DNA of 64,000 nucleotides, taken from contig JANRLA010000128.1 of the NCBI GenBank assembly GCA_033763015.1, positions 1,562 to 65,561 of the forward strand. The letters are read 5' to 3'. Numbering within the stretch: the first letter of the stretch is position 1; the number at the start of each line of letters is the position of its first letter. Below are positions 48,259 to 58,818 of this stretch, piece by piece. The translations under genes were made by a program, and so were the position numbers. Below the pieces are notes generated by a model. It had not been told where the DNA came from. It did not search any database and saw only the letters and a list, made by a program, of their open reading frames with translations. Source of the DNA: Bacteroidia bacterium. Lineage in GTDB: Bacteria; Bacteroidota; Bacteroidia; J057; JANRLA01.

Positions 48259-49401
48259 GTGCGTGTAGGCTGGGATGTATTCTCGTTCGATGCCCCGGGG
48301 GCAAACTACGGCGTGGGCCCTGGGCTGGTGGTCTGGCGGCTGCTGCCCGAACTGGCCCGCCTGGCCCCTGACATCGAATTCGTGGCCTTTGCCAACCCCC
48401 AGTGCGCCCCTTACCTGCCCGCCGCCCCCAATGTGCGGGTGGTGGTAAGCCCGTACCCCACACGCCCCCGGCCTCTGCGCCTGCTGCACGAGCAGCTGTG
48501 GCTGCCCCAGGCCGCGCGCCGTGAAAAGCTCGACCTGCTTCACGGCTTCGGCAACAACCTGCCGTGGGGCCTGCGCATCCCCACCGTGCTACTGGTGCAC
48601 GACCTGATGTGGCGCTACTACCTCGGCCGAGGCGACCGGTCGCTCAAGTACCGGTACTTCGCCCTCACCGTGCCCCGCAGCCTGCGCCGTGCCCGCGCCC
48701 TGGTGGCGGTATCGGAGGCTACACGGCAAGAACTCATCGCCGCTGGGTGCGCCCCTGGCACGGTACACCGCATTTACAACGGCCCCGGTAGCTATTGGGA
48801 GGCCCCCACGCCCTCGCACGCCGCCGAGCTAAAGGCCAAGTACCCCGAGCGGTTCTTGCTAAGCCTTACCACCAGCCTGCCCCACAAAAACCTGGTGGGG
48901 TTACTTGCGGCCCTGGTACTGCTACGCGACCGGTACGGGCTGGCCGTGCCGCTGGTGGTGGCCGGGCAGCTCAAGGGCCGGTTTCACCTGCAAACCCAGG
49001 CCTTTGTGGCTGCCCACGGGCTAGAGGGTCTCGTCCGGCAAGTGGGTTTTGTGTCTGAGGCCGAAAAAACGTGGCTCTACCGCCACGCCGCCGGGGTGGT
49101 GTACCCCAGCCTGTACGAGGGCTTTGGCCTGCCGGTGCTCGAGGCGCTGGAGGCTGGGGTGCCCGTGGCCACCAGCCAGGCTGCCTCAATGCCCGAGGTA
49201 GGCGGCGATGCCGCGCTGTACTTCGACCCCACCCGCCCCGAAAGCATCGCCCAGGCCCTTCACCGGTTGCTGACCGACGATGCCCTGCGCGCCGAATGCA
49301 TCGAACGGGGCAGGGCACAAGCCGCCCGCTTTAGCTGGGCCCAGGCCGCCGCCGAGAATTTGGCGCTCTACCGGCAGCTAGTGGGCCAACCCGTTCGCTA
49401 G
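48259..49401 (+). CDS. Glycosyltransferase family 4
   Basis: EGFGLPVLEALEAGVPV motif, GT-B size. Confidence 0.85.
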   Translation: MRVGWDVFSFDAPGANYGVGPGLVVWRLLPELARLAPDIEFVAFANPQCAPYLPAAPNVRVVVSPYPTRPRPLRLLHEQLWLPQAARREKLDLLHGFGNNLPWGLRIPTVLLVHDLMWRYYLGRGDRSLKYRYFALTVPRSLRRARALVAVSEATRQELIAAGCAPGTVHRIYNGPGSYWEAPTPSHAAELKAKYPERFLLSLTTSLPHKNLVGLLAALVLLRDRYGLAVPLVVAGQLKGRFHLQTQAFVAAHGLEGLVRQVGFVSEAEKTWLYRHAAGVVYPSLYEGFGLPVLEALEAGVPVATSQAASMPEVGGDAALYFDPTRPESIAQALHRLLTDDALRAECIERGRAQAARFSWAQAAAENLALYRQLVGQPVR

Positions 49402-50037
49402 GGCCACTAGCGCACTTTCGGGTACGGTGTGCCCCCCGGCGTACCACGTAACGGCGGGCCGAATGCCAGCGGCTGCCAGCTGGGCCAGGTAGGCCTCGGC
49501 TTTGGGGCGGGGGATGATGTCGTCGGCGTCGCCCAGGTACAGCTGCAAGTCTACGCCCGCGAGCCGGCCCTCGGGGGCCGCTTCCAGCGGGATGCTGCCA
49601 GCCCAGAGCACCAAGGCAGACACAGGCAGCGCTGGGGCGGCGCACACCCAGCGCCAGGCCGTGGCCGTACCCTGCGAGAAGCCCAGCACCACTAGCCGCA
49701 CGCCGGTGGGTAGCCCCTGGGGCAGCACCTGGCTGTAGACGGCGTTGAGGTACTGCTGCTGGTCGGCGATGTCGTGCTCCCGGTCGTCGCGGGTCATCCA
49801 ACTGGCGCCTACGCGGGTATAGCTGGGCACGTCGAGGTAAAAGCGCGAGGCCCCTTCGGGCGCTACAATCAGGCGGCTTTCGTCGGCGATGGGCTCAAAC
49901 CGCTGCAGGAAGTAGCGCGCCAACTGGCCGTAGCCGTGTAGCACGAACCAGACCTCGCGTGTGGCGGGCCCCAGCGCGCCGAGGGTGTAGTACCGGGCCG
50001 TACGGGGGACGGTACAGGTGTGTTGGGTGGGCTGCAC
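49378..50037 (-). CDS. Alpha/beta-hydrolase (phospholipase/carboxylesterase-type esterase)
   Basis: GTG at 50037 lies 2 nt after the upstream stop. WFVLHGYGQ, nucleophile elbow GFSQGT, C-terminal GGHTV. The rest of the 484-aa ORF overlaps the M1 peptidase gene in another frame. Confidence 0.7.
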   Translation of the reverse strand: MQPTQHTCTVPRTARYYTLGALGPATREVWFVLHGYGQLARYFLQRFEPIADESRLIVAPEGASRFYLDVPSYTRVGASWMTRDDREHDIADQQQYLNAVYSQVLPQGLPTGVRLVVLGFSQGTATAWRWVCAAPALPVSALVLWAGSIPLEAAPEGRLAGVDLQLYLGDADDIIPRPKAEAYLAQLAAAGIRPAVTWYAGGHTVPESALVALANGLAH

Positions 50038-50039
50038 GG

Positions 50040-51779
50040 CTAGCGGCCGGGTACTTCGCGTAGGGTGATGAGTAGGTTCCGGTCGTCGAAGCGGGGGGTG
50101 GCCTCGGGGTCTACGGGCAGCTCCTGCCACTCGGCCGTGGCCCAGAGGGTTTTGCGGGTGGTGCCCAGCTGTACCTCGATGGGCAGCTTGAAGCCCGGGG
50201 CCTGGGCCACGACGCGGTAGGCAATGGCTGGGATGCCGTCGGTGTTGCGCTTCAGGGGCTTGTACTCGAGCACCGGCAGGGCGATGTAGTTCAGGTACTG
50301 GTCGAAGAAGGGCCGCACCCAGTCGCCGTAGCGCTGGGCGAAAAAGCCGACGACGGTTTCGGTGCTGAGGGTCTGCCGGGCGTAGGTCTGGGCAAGGGCC
50401 CTGAGGGCGGCGAACCACTGCGTCGAGTCGGCGGCGGGGTCGGCGTACTGGGTGGCTGTGCGCAGGGTGTGCAGCACGTTGGCGCCCTTGAAGTACATGT
50501 CCGAATCGGCCCAGCCCTCGAAGGCTACGCCGCGCGGCCCCTGGATGGCATCGGTGCCGCCGATCATGCGGCGTTGGGCCAAGAGGTAGCGCAGGGCCTC
50601 GGCGGGGCCGTGGTAGTACTCTACGTACAGGGCCTCGCTGTAGGTGGTAAAGCTTTCGTGGATCCACATATCGGCCTTGTCGGTGTGGGTGAGGCTGTTG
50701 CCGAACCACTCGTGGCCCGCTTCGTGGACGATGATGTAGTCGAAGAGGTCTTTGCGGGGGTAGGGGAACCAGCCCGGCAGGTAGCCGTAGTTGTTGCCGT
50801 AGGCGATGCTGCTCTGGTGCTCCATCCCCCAAAATGGGGTCTCGACGAGCTTGAAGCCATCGGCGTACCAGGGGTAAGGGCCAAAGTAGTGCTCGAAAGC
50901 CCGGAGCATGCGCGGCACCTGGGCCCCAAAATGGGTACGGGCCTGGGTGGCGTTGGCTGCCAGCACGTAGTGGTCGAGCGTCAGGCTGTCGGCGGCCACG
51001 GCGCTGGGGTAGCTGCCCTGCAGGTGGGCAAACCGCGCGACGGTGAGGTTTACGGCGTAGAGGTTGATGGGCGCGGTCACGCGCCAGGTAAAACGGCTCA
51101 GGCTGTCAAGGTCTTGGGTGCTCATCAGTCGGCCATTGCCCACGGCCACTAGGCCTTTGGGGACGGTAAGGGTTAGCTCGACCCCGGCGTCGGGCTCGTC
51201 GGCCGGGTGGTCTTTGCAGGGCCACCACAGGCTGGCGCCCTCGCCCTGGCACGAGACCGATACCCAGGGGTTGCCCGCCGGGTCTTTGGCCCAGGTAAAG
51301 CCGCCGTTCCAGGGTGGGTTTTTGGCCACCGCGGGCCGACCGCCGTAGTGGATACGGATGCGCAGCTCGCTGCCGGGGCCCCCGGGCTGGGGCACAGCCA
51401 CAGCGTAGAAGGGCCCTTCGCGCTGCCACGTAAGCGGGCCCGTGACCGCACTGCCGTCGAGGGCTACCTGCTGTACCTGGTGTACGACCAGGTGGGTATC
51501 GAGCTCGAAGCGGAAGGTGGGCGAGGGGTCTGAGGTTACCTGGTAGCGGATGTCTACCGAGCCCTCCAGGGTCTGGGTCTCGGGCCGTAGGCGCAGGTCC
51601 AGGTAGTATTGCTGTACATCGCTGCCGGCGCGGGCGGCGTCGTAGGTGCCCTTCAGGCTGTCGGCATGGGTAAAGGGGCCCCGTCCGGTGAGTACATCGC
51701 CCGTCTGGGCCTGCACCTGGCTAAGTGTTAGCAGCGCAGAATAAAAGGCTAATCCACTGGTTACAAACCGGTTACACAT
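50040..51779 (-). CDS. M1 family metallopeptidase (aminopeptidase N-like)
   Basis: HEAGHEWFGN followed by WIHESFTTY (gluzincin). Signal peptide. Confidence 0.88.
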   Translation of the reverse strand: MCNRFVTSGLAFYSALLTLSQVQAQTGDVLTGRGPFTHADSLKGTYDAARAGSDVQQYYLDLRLRPETQTLEGSVDIRYQVTSDPSPTFRFELDTHLVVHQVQQVALDGSAVTGPLTWQREGPFYAVAVPQPGGPGSELRIRIHYGGRPAVAKNPPWNGGFTWAKDPAGNPWVSVSCQGEGASLWWPCKDHPADEPDAGVELTLTVPKGLVAVGNGRLMSTQDLDSLSRFTWRVTAPINLYAVNLTVARFAHLQGSYPSAVAADSLTLDHYVLAANATQARTHFGAQVPRMLRAFEHYFGPYPWYADGFKLVETPFWGMEHQSSIAYGNNYGYLPGWFPYPRKDLFDYIIVHEAGHEWFGNSLTHTDKADMWIHESFTTYSEALYVEYYHGPAEALRYLLAQRRMIGGTDAIQGPRGVAFEGWADSDMYFKGANVLHTLRTATQYADPAADSTQWFAALRALAQTYARQTLSTETVVGFFAQRYGDWVRPFFDQYLNYIALPVLEYKPLKRNTDGIPAIAYRVVAQAPGFKLPIEVQLGTTRKTLWATAEWQELPVDPEATPRFDDRNLLITLREVPGR

Positions 51780-52386
51780 GTGTTTGTATAAGTTGAGTCA
51801 GGTACTTCCAGAGAGTATCGATGCCGTAGCCGGTTTCGCTGGAGGTTACGTAGGTAGGGGGTAGGGGCTCCCAGGTTTGGGCCAGCGTTTCGTGGTAGCG
51901 GCGCAGGGCACCCTCGCGTTGGCTGGCGCTGAGCTTGTCGGCTTTGGTAAAGACAATGGCAAACGGGATGCCAGCGGTGCCGACGCGCTCGAGGAATTCG
52001 AGGTCGTTGGCCAAGGGCGGGTGCCGCAGGTCGATGAGTACCAGCAGTACCAACAGGGTACTGCGGCGCTCGAGGTAGCCCCAAATCAGGTCTTCGAATT
52101 GCTTGCGGCGGGCCTGGCTCACCTGGGCGTACCCATAGCCGGGCAGGTCGACCAGGTACCAGCGGTCGGCGACGCTGAAGTGATTGATGAGCTGGGTTTT
52201 GCCGGGCGTACCGCTGGTCTTGGCCAGCTCTTTGCGCTGCACCAGGGCGTTGATGAGCGAGCTTTTGCCCACGTTGCTCCGGCCAATGAAGGCTACCTCG
52301 GGCAGGGTGGCTGGCGGTAACTGGCCGACCCCGGGGCTCGATTTGAGGAACGTGACCTGAGGCCGGGGCTCGTGGATGCGCTCCAT
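51772..52386 (-). CDS. engB: Ribosome biogenesis GTPase YihA/EngB
   Basis: G1 GRSNVGKSSLINAL, G3 DLPGYG, G4 TKADK. Confidence 0.9.
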   Translation of the reverse strand: MERIHEPRPQVTFLKSSPGVGQLPPATLPEVAFIGRSNVGKSSLINALVQRKELAKTSGTPGKTQLINHFSVADRWYLVDLPGYGYAQVSQARRKQFEDLIWGYLERRSTLLVLLVLIDLRHPPLANDLEFLERVGTAGIPFAIVFTKADKLSASQREGALRRYHETLAQTWEPLPPTYVTSSETGYGIDTLWKYLTQLIQTHV

Positions 52387-52482
52387 AGCGGTAAAGTTGG
52401 GGCAAAAAACGTGGCCCCGCTGGGCACCCTCCGGCAGAAGCCGTAGTTTGGAGGTGTAATTACCCGTTTACCCAACTGTTGC

Positions 52483-53331
52483 ATGAAAACCTCTGTACTT
52501 CTACTGGTCTTTGCAGCGCTTAGCCTACCCAGCTGGGCCCAACACGGCAGCTGCTGCATGGCCCTGGGCGAAGAAGCCCACGCAAACTTTGCCAACAACG
52601 CCGCCGACCCCGCCTTTGCCGCCATGCACGAAACCCCACGCCCGGTGCCCACCCCTGTGGGTGGCGAAATGATCAGCTTTACCACCCCCGACGGGCAGAC
52701 CGCCAAGGCCTACTTCGTGGCGAGCCCCAAGCGCACCAACCGCTACCTCATCGTGGTGCACGAGTGGTGGGGCCTGAACGACAACGTAAAGCGTGAAGCC
52801 GAAACCTGGCGCGAAAAGCTGAGCGAGGTCAACGTCATTGCCGTAGACCTCTACGACGGTACCGTGGCCACCACCCGCGAAGCCGCCGGTGCCGCCATGC
52901 AGGGCCTAAACGCCGAGCGCGCCGCCAACATCCTCAAAGGTGCTATCGCGTATGCGGGGCCCGACGCCGTGTTTGCCACCATCGGGTGGTGCATGGGTGG
53001 GGGGTGGAGCCACCAGGCCAGCCTTCTGGCCGGTGCGCGTGCCAAAGCCTGTGCCATCTACTACGGCAGCCCGGAACTGGACGTTGAGCGCCTAAAGCAG
53101 GAGCAGTTTGCCCCCGTCATCTTCATCTGGCCCACGAAAGACCAGTGGATCAACGAAAAACTGGTGAAAGGCTTTGAGGGCGCCATGACCCAGGCCGGCA
53201 AAAGCCTGGTGGTCAAGAGCTACGAGGCCGACCACGCCTTTGCCAACCCCAGCAGCCAGAGCTACCTCGAGGCCGCCTCGCAGCAAGCCAATGCTGCCGT
53301 ACTGGCCTTCTTCCAGACGCACTTTAGGTAG
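52483..53331 (+). CDS. Dienelactone hydrolase family protein
   Basis: Signal peptide. IVVHEWWGLND. Nucleophile motif GWCMGGGW. Confidence 0.85.
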   Translation: MKTSVLLLVFAALSLPSWAQHGSCCMALGEEAHANFANNAADPAFAAMHETPRPVPTPVGGEMISFTTPDGQTAKAYFVASPKRTNRYLIVVHEWWGLNDNVKREAETWREKLSEVNVIAVDLYDGTVATTREAAGAAMQGLNAERAANILKGAIAYAGPDAVFATIGWCMGGGWSHQASLLAGARAKACAIYYGSPELDVERLKQEQFAPVIFIWPTKDQWINEKLVKGFEGAMTQAGKSLVVKSYEADHAFANPSSQSYLEAASQQANAAVLAFFQTHFR

Positions 53332-53352
53332 CTGGCCTTTATCGCATAAAAC

Positions 53353-53378
53353 AAAAGGCCCCAACCGGGGCCTTTTTT
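53353..53378 (+). terminator. Intrinsic terminator after dienelactone hydrolase gene
   Basis: AAAAGGCCCC-aacc-GGGGCCTTTTTT. Confidence 0.85.
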
Positions 53379-53427
53379 GTGGAAGATATGCTAAAAAAAT
53401 TTAGCTTCGCTAATTAGTCTAAACACC

Positions 53428-53829
53428 ATGAGCTTCATCCCCATTGTACGCACAGCCCACCGCCACCCCATACTCACCCCAGTGCTGATTGTGGCCGACT
53501 GCGCGGGCTTGCTCGCGTTTATTCGGGATGCCTTTGGCGGCCAGGAGGCTGGCGAGCGCTACCCAGGCGAGCAGCCAGGCACCATTGGGCACGCCGAAAT
53601 TCGGATCAATGATGCGCTGATTATGGCCTGCGACCCCATGGCGGGGTTCCCGCCTACGGCGGCCCGGCTGTTCCTGTACGTAGTAGACGTACAACAGACC
53701 TACGAGAGGGCCATTGGCTTGGGGGCCACCTCACTTACGCCCCCCGAGGCTTCACCTGACCACGGTATGGTAACCGCGCGCATCCAGGATGCGTGGGGGA
53801 ATTACTGGAGCCTTGCCCAGGCGCTCTAG
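53428..53829 (+). CDS. VOC/PhnB-like (glyoxalase fold) family protein
   Basis: 133 aa. GHAEIRINDALIMACD resembles the PhnB-like HAEL-x-IG-x-x-x-LM-x-SD pattern. Confidence 0.55.
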   Translation: MSFIPIVRTAHRHPILTPVLIVADCAGLLAFIRDAFGGQEAGERYPGEQPGTIGHAEIRINDALIMACDPMAGFPPTAARLFLYVVDVQQTYERAIGLGATSLTPPEASPDHGMVTARIQDAWGNYWSLAQAL

Positions 53830-53835
53830 CTCACG

Positions 53836-54432
53836 CTAGATGCCGCCGTGCTGGGCCACGAGTTTGCGCAGGTTGACCAGCGCGTAGCGCATCCGGCCCA
53901 GGGCCGTGTTGATGCTCACGTCGGTGAGTTTGGCGATCTCTTTGAAGCTCATGTCGTTGTAGTGCCGCATGATGAGCACTTCTTTCTGCTTGTCGGGCAG
54001 TTGGTTGATGAGCCGGCGTACGAGCTGGGTAGTCTCGGCGCGGATGATGGCCTTCTCCATGTGCTCTTCGGTCTTGAAGAAGCTGTCCATGAGCAGCATG
54101 GCATCGCTGTTCTTGAGCTGCGGGTTACGCTTCTCTTTGCGGAAGTAATCGATGCTCAGGTTGCGGGCCACGCGCAGCACCCAGGGCAGGAACTTGCCCT
54201 CCTCGTTGTAGCGGCCTTCCTGGATGACGCCCAGAATTTTGATGAGCGTCTCCTGGTAGATGTCTTCGGCGATGGTGCGGTCTTTGACGATCTGCAGGAT
54301 GGTGCTGTATACCTTGGCCTTGTGGCGGCGGACGAGCACCTCAAACGCACGGGGGTTCCCGGCCACGAAGTCGCCGATGAGCTCCTTGTCTTCGCGCTGG
54401 GTGAACTTCGGCAGGGTTCCACTCGTTTTCAT
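53836..54432 (-). CDS. ECF-type RNA polymerase sigma-70 factor
   Basis: Region 2 AEDIYQETLIKIL...FLPWVLRVARN. Region 4 MSFKEIAKLTDVSINTALGRMRYA. Confidence 0.88.
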   Translation of the reverse strand: MKTSGTLPKFTQREDKELIGDFVAGNPRAFEVLVRRHKAKVYSTILQIVKDRTIAEDIYQETLIKILGVIQEGRYNEEGKFLPWVLRVARNLSIDYFRKEKRNPQLKNSDAMLLMDSFFKTEEHMEKAIIRAETTQLVRRLINQLPDKQKEVLIMRHYNDMSFKEIAKLTDVSINTALGRMRYALVNLRKLVAQHGGI

Positions 54433-54584
54433 GGCACCTCCGGGGTTAGGTGTTGGGTTGTCTGGGGCCTACTGCCATCAGATTTAACACTCAGATGACA
54501 CGCAAGCCGTAGGGTTTGTTCGTTTTAGGAAATTTACAAACGCTGTGCCACCGGGCAACGGGGTAGGCTTAATTAACTAAACCT

Positions 54585-57413
54585 TTGGGACGTAAACCGC
54601 AGGCCCCGCCACCCCCGCAGGCTACCACCGCAGCGCGTGCGCTACGGGTGGTAGGTGCGCGTGAACACAACCTGAAAAATATCACGGTCGAAATCCCTCG
54701 CAATCAGCTGGTTGTGGTTACGGGCGTTAGCGGTAGCGGTAAAAGCTCGTTGGTTTTCGACACCCTCTACGCTGAGGGTCACCGGCGGTATGTGGAAAGC
54801 TTGAGCAGCTACGCGCGCCAGTTTTTGGCCCGCCTGCAAAAGCCCGACGTGGACTACATCACCGGTCTTTCGCCGGCCATTGCCATCGAGCAGCGGGTGA
54901 ATACCAGCAACCCCCGTTCCACCGTCGGCTCAACGACCGAGATCGTCGATTACCTGCGGCTGCTCTACGCCCGTATCGGCCGAACGTTCAGCCCCATTTC
55001 GGGCGAAGAGGTGACCCACCACACCGTTACCGACGTCGTGGCCCACCTGTTGGGCCGCCCTGCCGGGGCCCGGCTCTACCTCCTGGCCCAACTGCCGCCC
55101 AGCCCGCGTTCGCTCAAAGAAGAACTGACCATCGCGCTGCAGAAAGGGTTTTTGCGTGTGTGGGACGGCGACGGCCCCCGCGCCATTGAAGACATTTTGG
55201 CAGGCGACGCGCCATTTGTACCGCCCGCACTCACCCTGGTCATCGACCGGTTCGTGGCCGCGCCCGAGGCCGACGAAGACTTCGTCCACCGCATGGCCGA
55301 TTCGGTACAGACGGCCTTCAACGAAGGGGTGGGCGAGTGCGCGGTGTACGAAACCGGCCTGGGCTACACCTACTTCAGCGAACGGTTCGAAAAAGACGGC
55401 CTGAGCTTCGAGCTGCCCAGCGTGCAGCTCTTCAACTCGAACAACAGCTACGGGGCCTGCCCCACCTGCGAGGGCTTTGGGCGCGTAATGGGTATTGACG
55501 AGTCGCTGGTGGTGCCCGACCCCAGCCTCTCGGTCTACGGTGGGGCGGTGGCCCCCTGGCGCGGGGCCACGCTGGGCACCTACCTCGATGCGTTTGTTGC
55601 GGCAGCGGCGGCGCACGACTTCCCCATCCACCGGCCCTACTACCAACTAACCCCCGCCGAAAAGCAGCTGCTCTGGCGTGGCAACAACCGCGTGGTGGGC
55701 ATCGACGACTTCTTTGCCGATGTGCATCGCCAGAGCCACAAGGTGCAGTACCGCGTGCTGGCGGCCCGCTACCGGGGCTACACCACCTGCCCCGAGTGCC
55801 ACGGCAGCCGCCTGCGCAAAGAGGCCAGCTACGTCAAGATCGATGGCCGGGCGCTGACCGACCTCTTGCCGCTAGCGGTGGCCGACCTAGCCGCGGTCTT
55901 CCCTACACTCCAGCTCACGCCACACGAGCAGGCCGTGGCCCAGCGGCTGCTCACCGAGATCACCACCCGGCTGCGGTACCTGCTAGACGTTGGGCTGGGC
56001 TACCTGCAGCTCGACCGCAAGGTGAACACCCTGAGTGGCGGCGAAACGCAGCGCATCAACCTGGCCACAAGCCTGGGCAGCAACCTCACGGGCTCGCTGT
56101 ACATCCTCGACGAGCCCAGCATTGGCCTGCACCCCCGCGACGGCGACCGGCTCATCGGCATCCTGAAGCACCTACGGGCGCTGGGCAATACGGTCATCGT
56201 TGTCGAGCACGACGAGGCCCTGATGCGCCAAGCCGACTACCTGATTGATATGGGCCCCTTGGCCGGCGAACACGGCGGTGAGGTCATTGCCCAGGGCACC
56301 GTACCCGAGGTGCTGGCCAGCCCGGCCTCGCTCACGGCCCAGTACCTCACCGGCGAGCGCCGTGTACCTGTGCCAGGCCACCGACGCACGCCCACCGGCT
56401 GGCTCAAACTGGCCGGAGCCCGCGCCCACAACCTCAAAGACGTTACGGCGGCCTTTCCGCTGGGGGTGTTTACGGTCGTGACGGGCGTATCGGGTTCGGG
56501 CAAAAGCACCCTGGTGCGTCAGATACTCTACCCCGCGCTGTTGCGCCATTTGGGTGGCCACGGCGAACGGCCCCTGGCCCACGAAAACCTGGGTGGCGAC
56601 CTCGACCGCGTGACGCACGTCGAACTGGTCGACCAGAACGCCATCGCCAAGAACGTACGCTCCAACCCCGTTACCTACGTGGGCGCCTACGATGCCATCC
56701 GCGAGCTGATGGCGGCCCTGCCCGCTGCCAAAGACCGGGGCCTCAAGGCGCTGCACTTCAGCTTCAACGTGCAGGGTGGGCGCTGCGAGACCTGCCAGGG
56801 CGAGGGCTACACGACGGTCGAGATGCAGTTTCTGCCCGACATCAAGCTGCTGTGCGATACCTGCAAGGGCAAGCGCTTTAAAGACCTGGTGCTCGAAGTG
56901 GCCTACCAGGGCAAAACCATCTACGACATCCTGCAGCTGACTGTAGACGATGCCATTGCCTTCTTCGAGGGCGCCAAAAAGGTGCAACAGCGCCTGCAAA
57001 AGCTCGCCGATGTGGGCCTGGGTTACGTGCGGCTGGGCCAGAGTACCAGTACGCTCTCGGGCGGCGAGGCCCAGCGGCTCAAGCTGGCCTCGTTCTTGGA
57101 GCGCAAAGAAGACGGCCACACGGTGTACTTTTTCGACGAGCCCACGACCGGCCTGCACGTGCACGACATCCACCTGCTGCTCCAGGTCTTCTACCGGCTC
57201 GTGGAGCAGGGCAACACCGTGGTGGTCATCTAGCACAACCTTGATGTCATCCAGTGTGCCGACTGGGTGCTCGACCTGGGCCCCGAAGGCGGGGCCGCGG
57301 GCGGTGAGCTACTCTATGCCGGGGCACCCGAGGGGCTGCTCGAGGTAGAAGGCTCGTACACGGCCCAGTACCTGGCGCCCAAACTTTCGTTGCAACCCTA
57401 TGCCCGCGTGTAG
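54585..57413 (+). pseudogene. uvrA: Excinuclease ABC subunit A interrupted by an in-frame TAG at 57231-57233
   Basis: Walker A GVSGSGKSSL and GVSGSGKSTL. Signatures LSGGETQR and LSGGEAQR. Zn modules CPTCEGFG, CPECHGSRL, CETCQGEG...CDTCKGKRF. The frame reads [29 protein letters not shown]...YARV-TAG(57411). TAG replaces the Glu of the conserved VVIEHNLDVI motif. Confidence 0.85.
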
Positions 57414-57426
57414 CATCTTGTATACG

Positions 57427-58791
57427 ATGCGCCTGAAGCCTTTGACCTACCTCACACACCTAGTGTTCTTACTGGTTTCGGCTGGGTCTGTTGCCGCACA
57501 AACGGTTACGATTCCAGCGTCGGCCGTTTCAAGACTCGACTCAGTTTTTCAGGCGTATGCAGTCCAGGGTGCTTTTTCTGGGGCGGTGCTGCTGAGCGTG
57601 GGCGATTCCATCGTGTTGGAGAAAGGCTATGGTATTCGAAACAGGGTAACGAATTCGCCGAATGAGCCTCAGACCATCTACCGTCTGGGTTCTGTTACCA
57701 AGCAATTCACAGCATTCGGAATCCTACGATTGGTTGATGCAGGAAAAATCAGCTTACAAGATCCACTAGCGAAGTGGCTGCCAGAGTTTCCGAATGCATC
57801 CGACATCACAGTCCATCACCTGCTGTGCCACACAAGCGGCTTAAAAGGGTACACAGAACTTGCCATCTATGATTCGATCAAAACGCTTCAGCTTTCTCCT
57901 CAGCAACTGATCGCTGTCTTGCGCGATTCGCCCACGGTATTCAAGCCTGGGCTACGTTTTGAGTACTCGAATACTGGCTATGCCATTTTGGGTTACCTAC
58001 TGGAGCAGGTAACCGGAACGACCTACGGCGAGTACCTATCCCAAGAAGTATTTCGACCCCTGGGCATGGCAAGCACGGGCTACACCTGGTCAAAGCCCCC
58101 TGCTCACCTGGCACAAGGTTACAAAACCGGCCTCGGGAACACCTGGCCCCCTGCAGACTCGGTGAACTTGAGTGTACCCTATGCAGCAGGTGCTTTGTGC
58201 GGGACTGTGAAAGACCTTTTGGCCTGGAATCGTGCACTCGACAGCCACTGGGGCCTATCGGAAGCCAGCTACAAGGCCTATTACCGCCCCAACCAAGCCA
58301 ATTACGCCTACGGCTGGGTAGTGGCTCCGCTGAATGGCAAAACGGTTGTTACTCATACGGGGGGCATTGATGGATTCAGTTCTCTAAACTTCCGCATCCT
58401 AGAGGATTCGCTCAGTTTTATCGTCCTCCAAAACGTTGAAAGCAGCCCACTACGGCTAGATTTAGTGCTACTCAATGCCCTGTACGGTGTACCCTATACC
58501 TTGCCCGTAGTACGTACAGAAGCGGCAGTGGGGCCGGATTCGTTTGAAGACTACGAAGGGACCTATGCCCTGTCCCCAACCTTCAAATTGAAGGTGTACC
58601 AGTCGGGCGAAAAGCTGATGGTACAAGCAACTGGTCAACCGGCCCTACAGATCTTCCCAGAACGAACCGACTTCTTCTTTTACAAGGCAGTTGATGCCCA
58701 GTTGGAGTTTCTTCGGGACGACAAAGGCAGAATCACTTCTCTGGTGCTCCACCAGAATGGCCAGAAAGTGATTGGTACCCGAGAGAACTAA
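57427..58791 (+). CDS. Serine hydrolase, beta-lactamase (class C/PBP-like) family
   Basis: Start at MRLKPLTYL with a signal peptide. S-x-x-K motif GSVTKQF. Y-x-N motif YSNTGY. Lower G+C (43-58% in sampled lines). Confidence 0.85.
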   Translation: MRLKPLTYLTHLVFLLVSAGSVAAQTVTIPASAVSRLDSVFQAYAVQGAFSGAVLLSVGDSIVLEKGYGIRNRVTNSPNEPQTIYRLGSVTKQFTAFGILRLVDAGKISLQDPLAKWLPEFPNASDITVHHLLCHTSGLKGYTELAIYDSIKTLQLSPQQLIAVLRDSPTVFKPGLRFEYSNTGYAILGYLLEQVTGTTYGEYLSQEVFRPLGMASTGYTWSKPPAHLAQGYKTGLGNTWPPADSVNLSVPYAAGALCGTVKDLLAWNRALDSHWGLSEASYKAYYRPNQANYAYGWVVAPLNGKTVVTHTGGIDGFSSLNFRILEDSLSFIVLQNVESSPLRLDLVLLNALYGVPYTLPVVRTEAAVGPDSFEDYEGTYALSPTFKLKVYQSGEKLMVQATGQPALQIFPERTDFFFYKAVDAQLEFLRDDKGRITSLVLHQNGQKVIGTREN

Positions 58792-58818
58792 CCGCCATTC
58801 GGCGCACGTGAAATAGGT

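Noticed and set aside
49378-50832. 484-aa ORF and the 415-aa ORF 47296-48543 taken at face value
   Set aside because: Their 5' parts overlap neighbouring genes or are low-complexity Arg/Pro-rich. Recognisable domains (esterase; endonuclease III) begin at internal GTG codons (50037; 48099), which also fit the gene spacing.
56172-57236. Long antisense ORFs opposite well-supported genes (this one opposite uvrA; also 4203-4943 opposite nosZ, 7318-8028 opposite nosD, 38452-39351 opposite mfd, 33732-34298 opposite GT51, 63501-63986 opposite rho)
   Set aside because: They are typical stop-codon-poor shadows in high-GC DNA. They have no motifs, Arg/Ala/Gly/Pro-rich composition, and each fully overlaps a gene with strong motif evidence.
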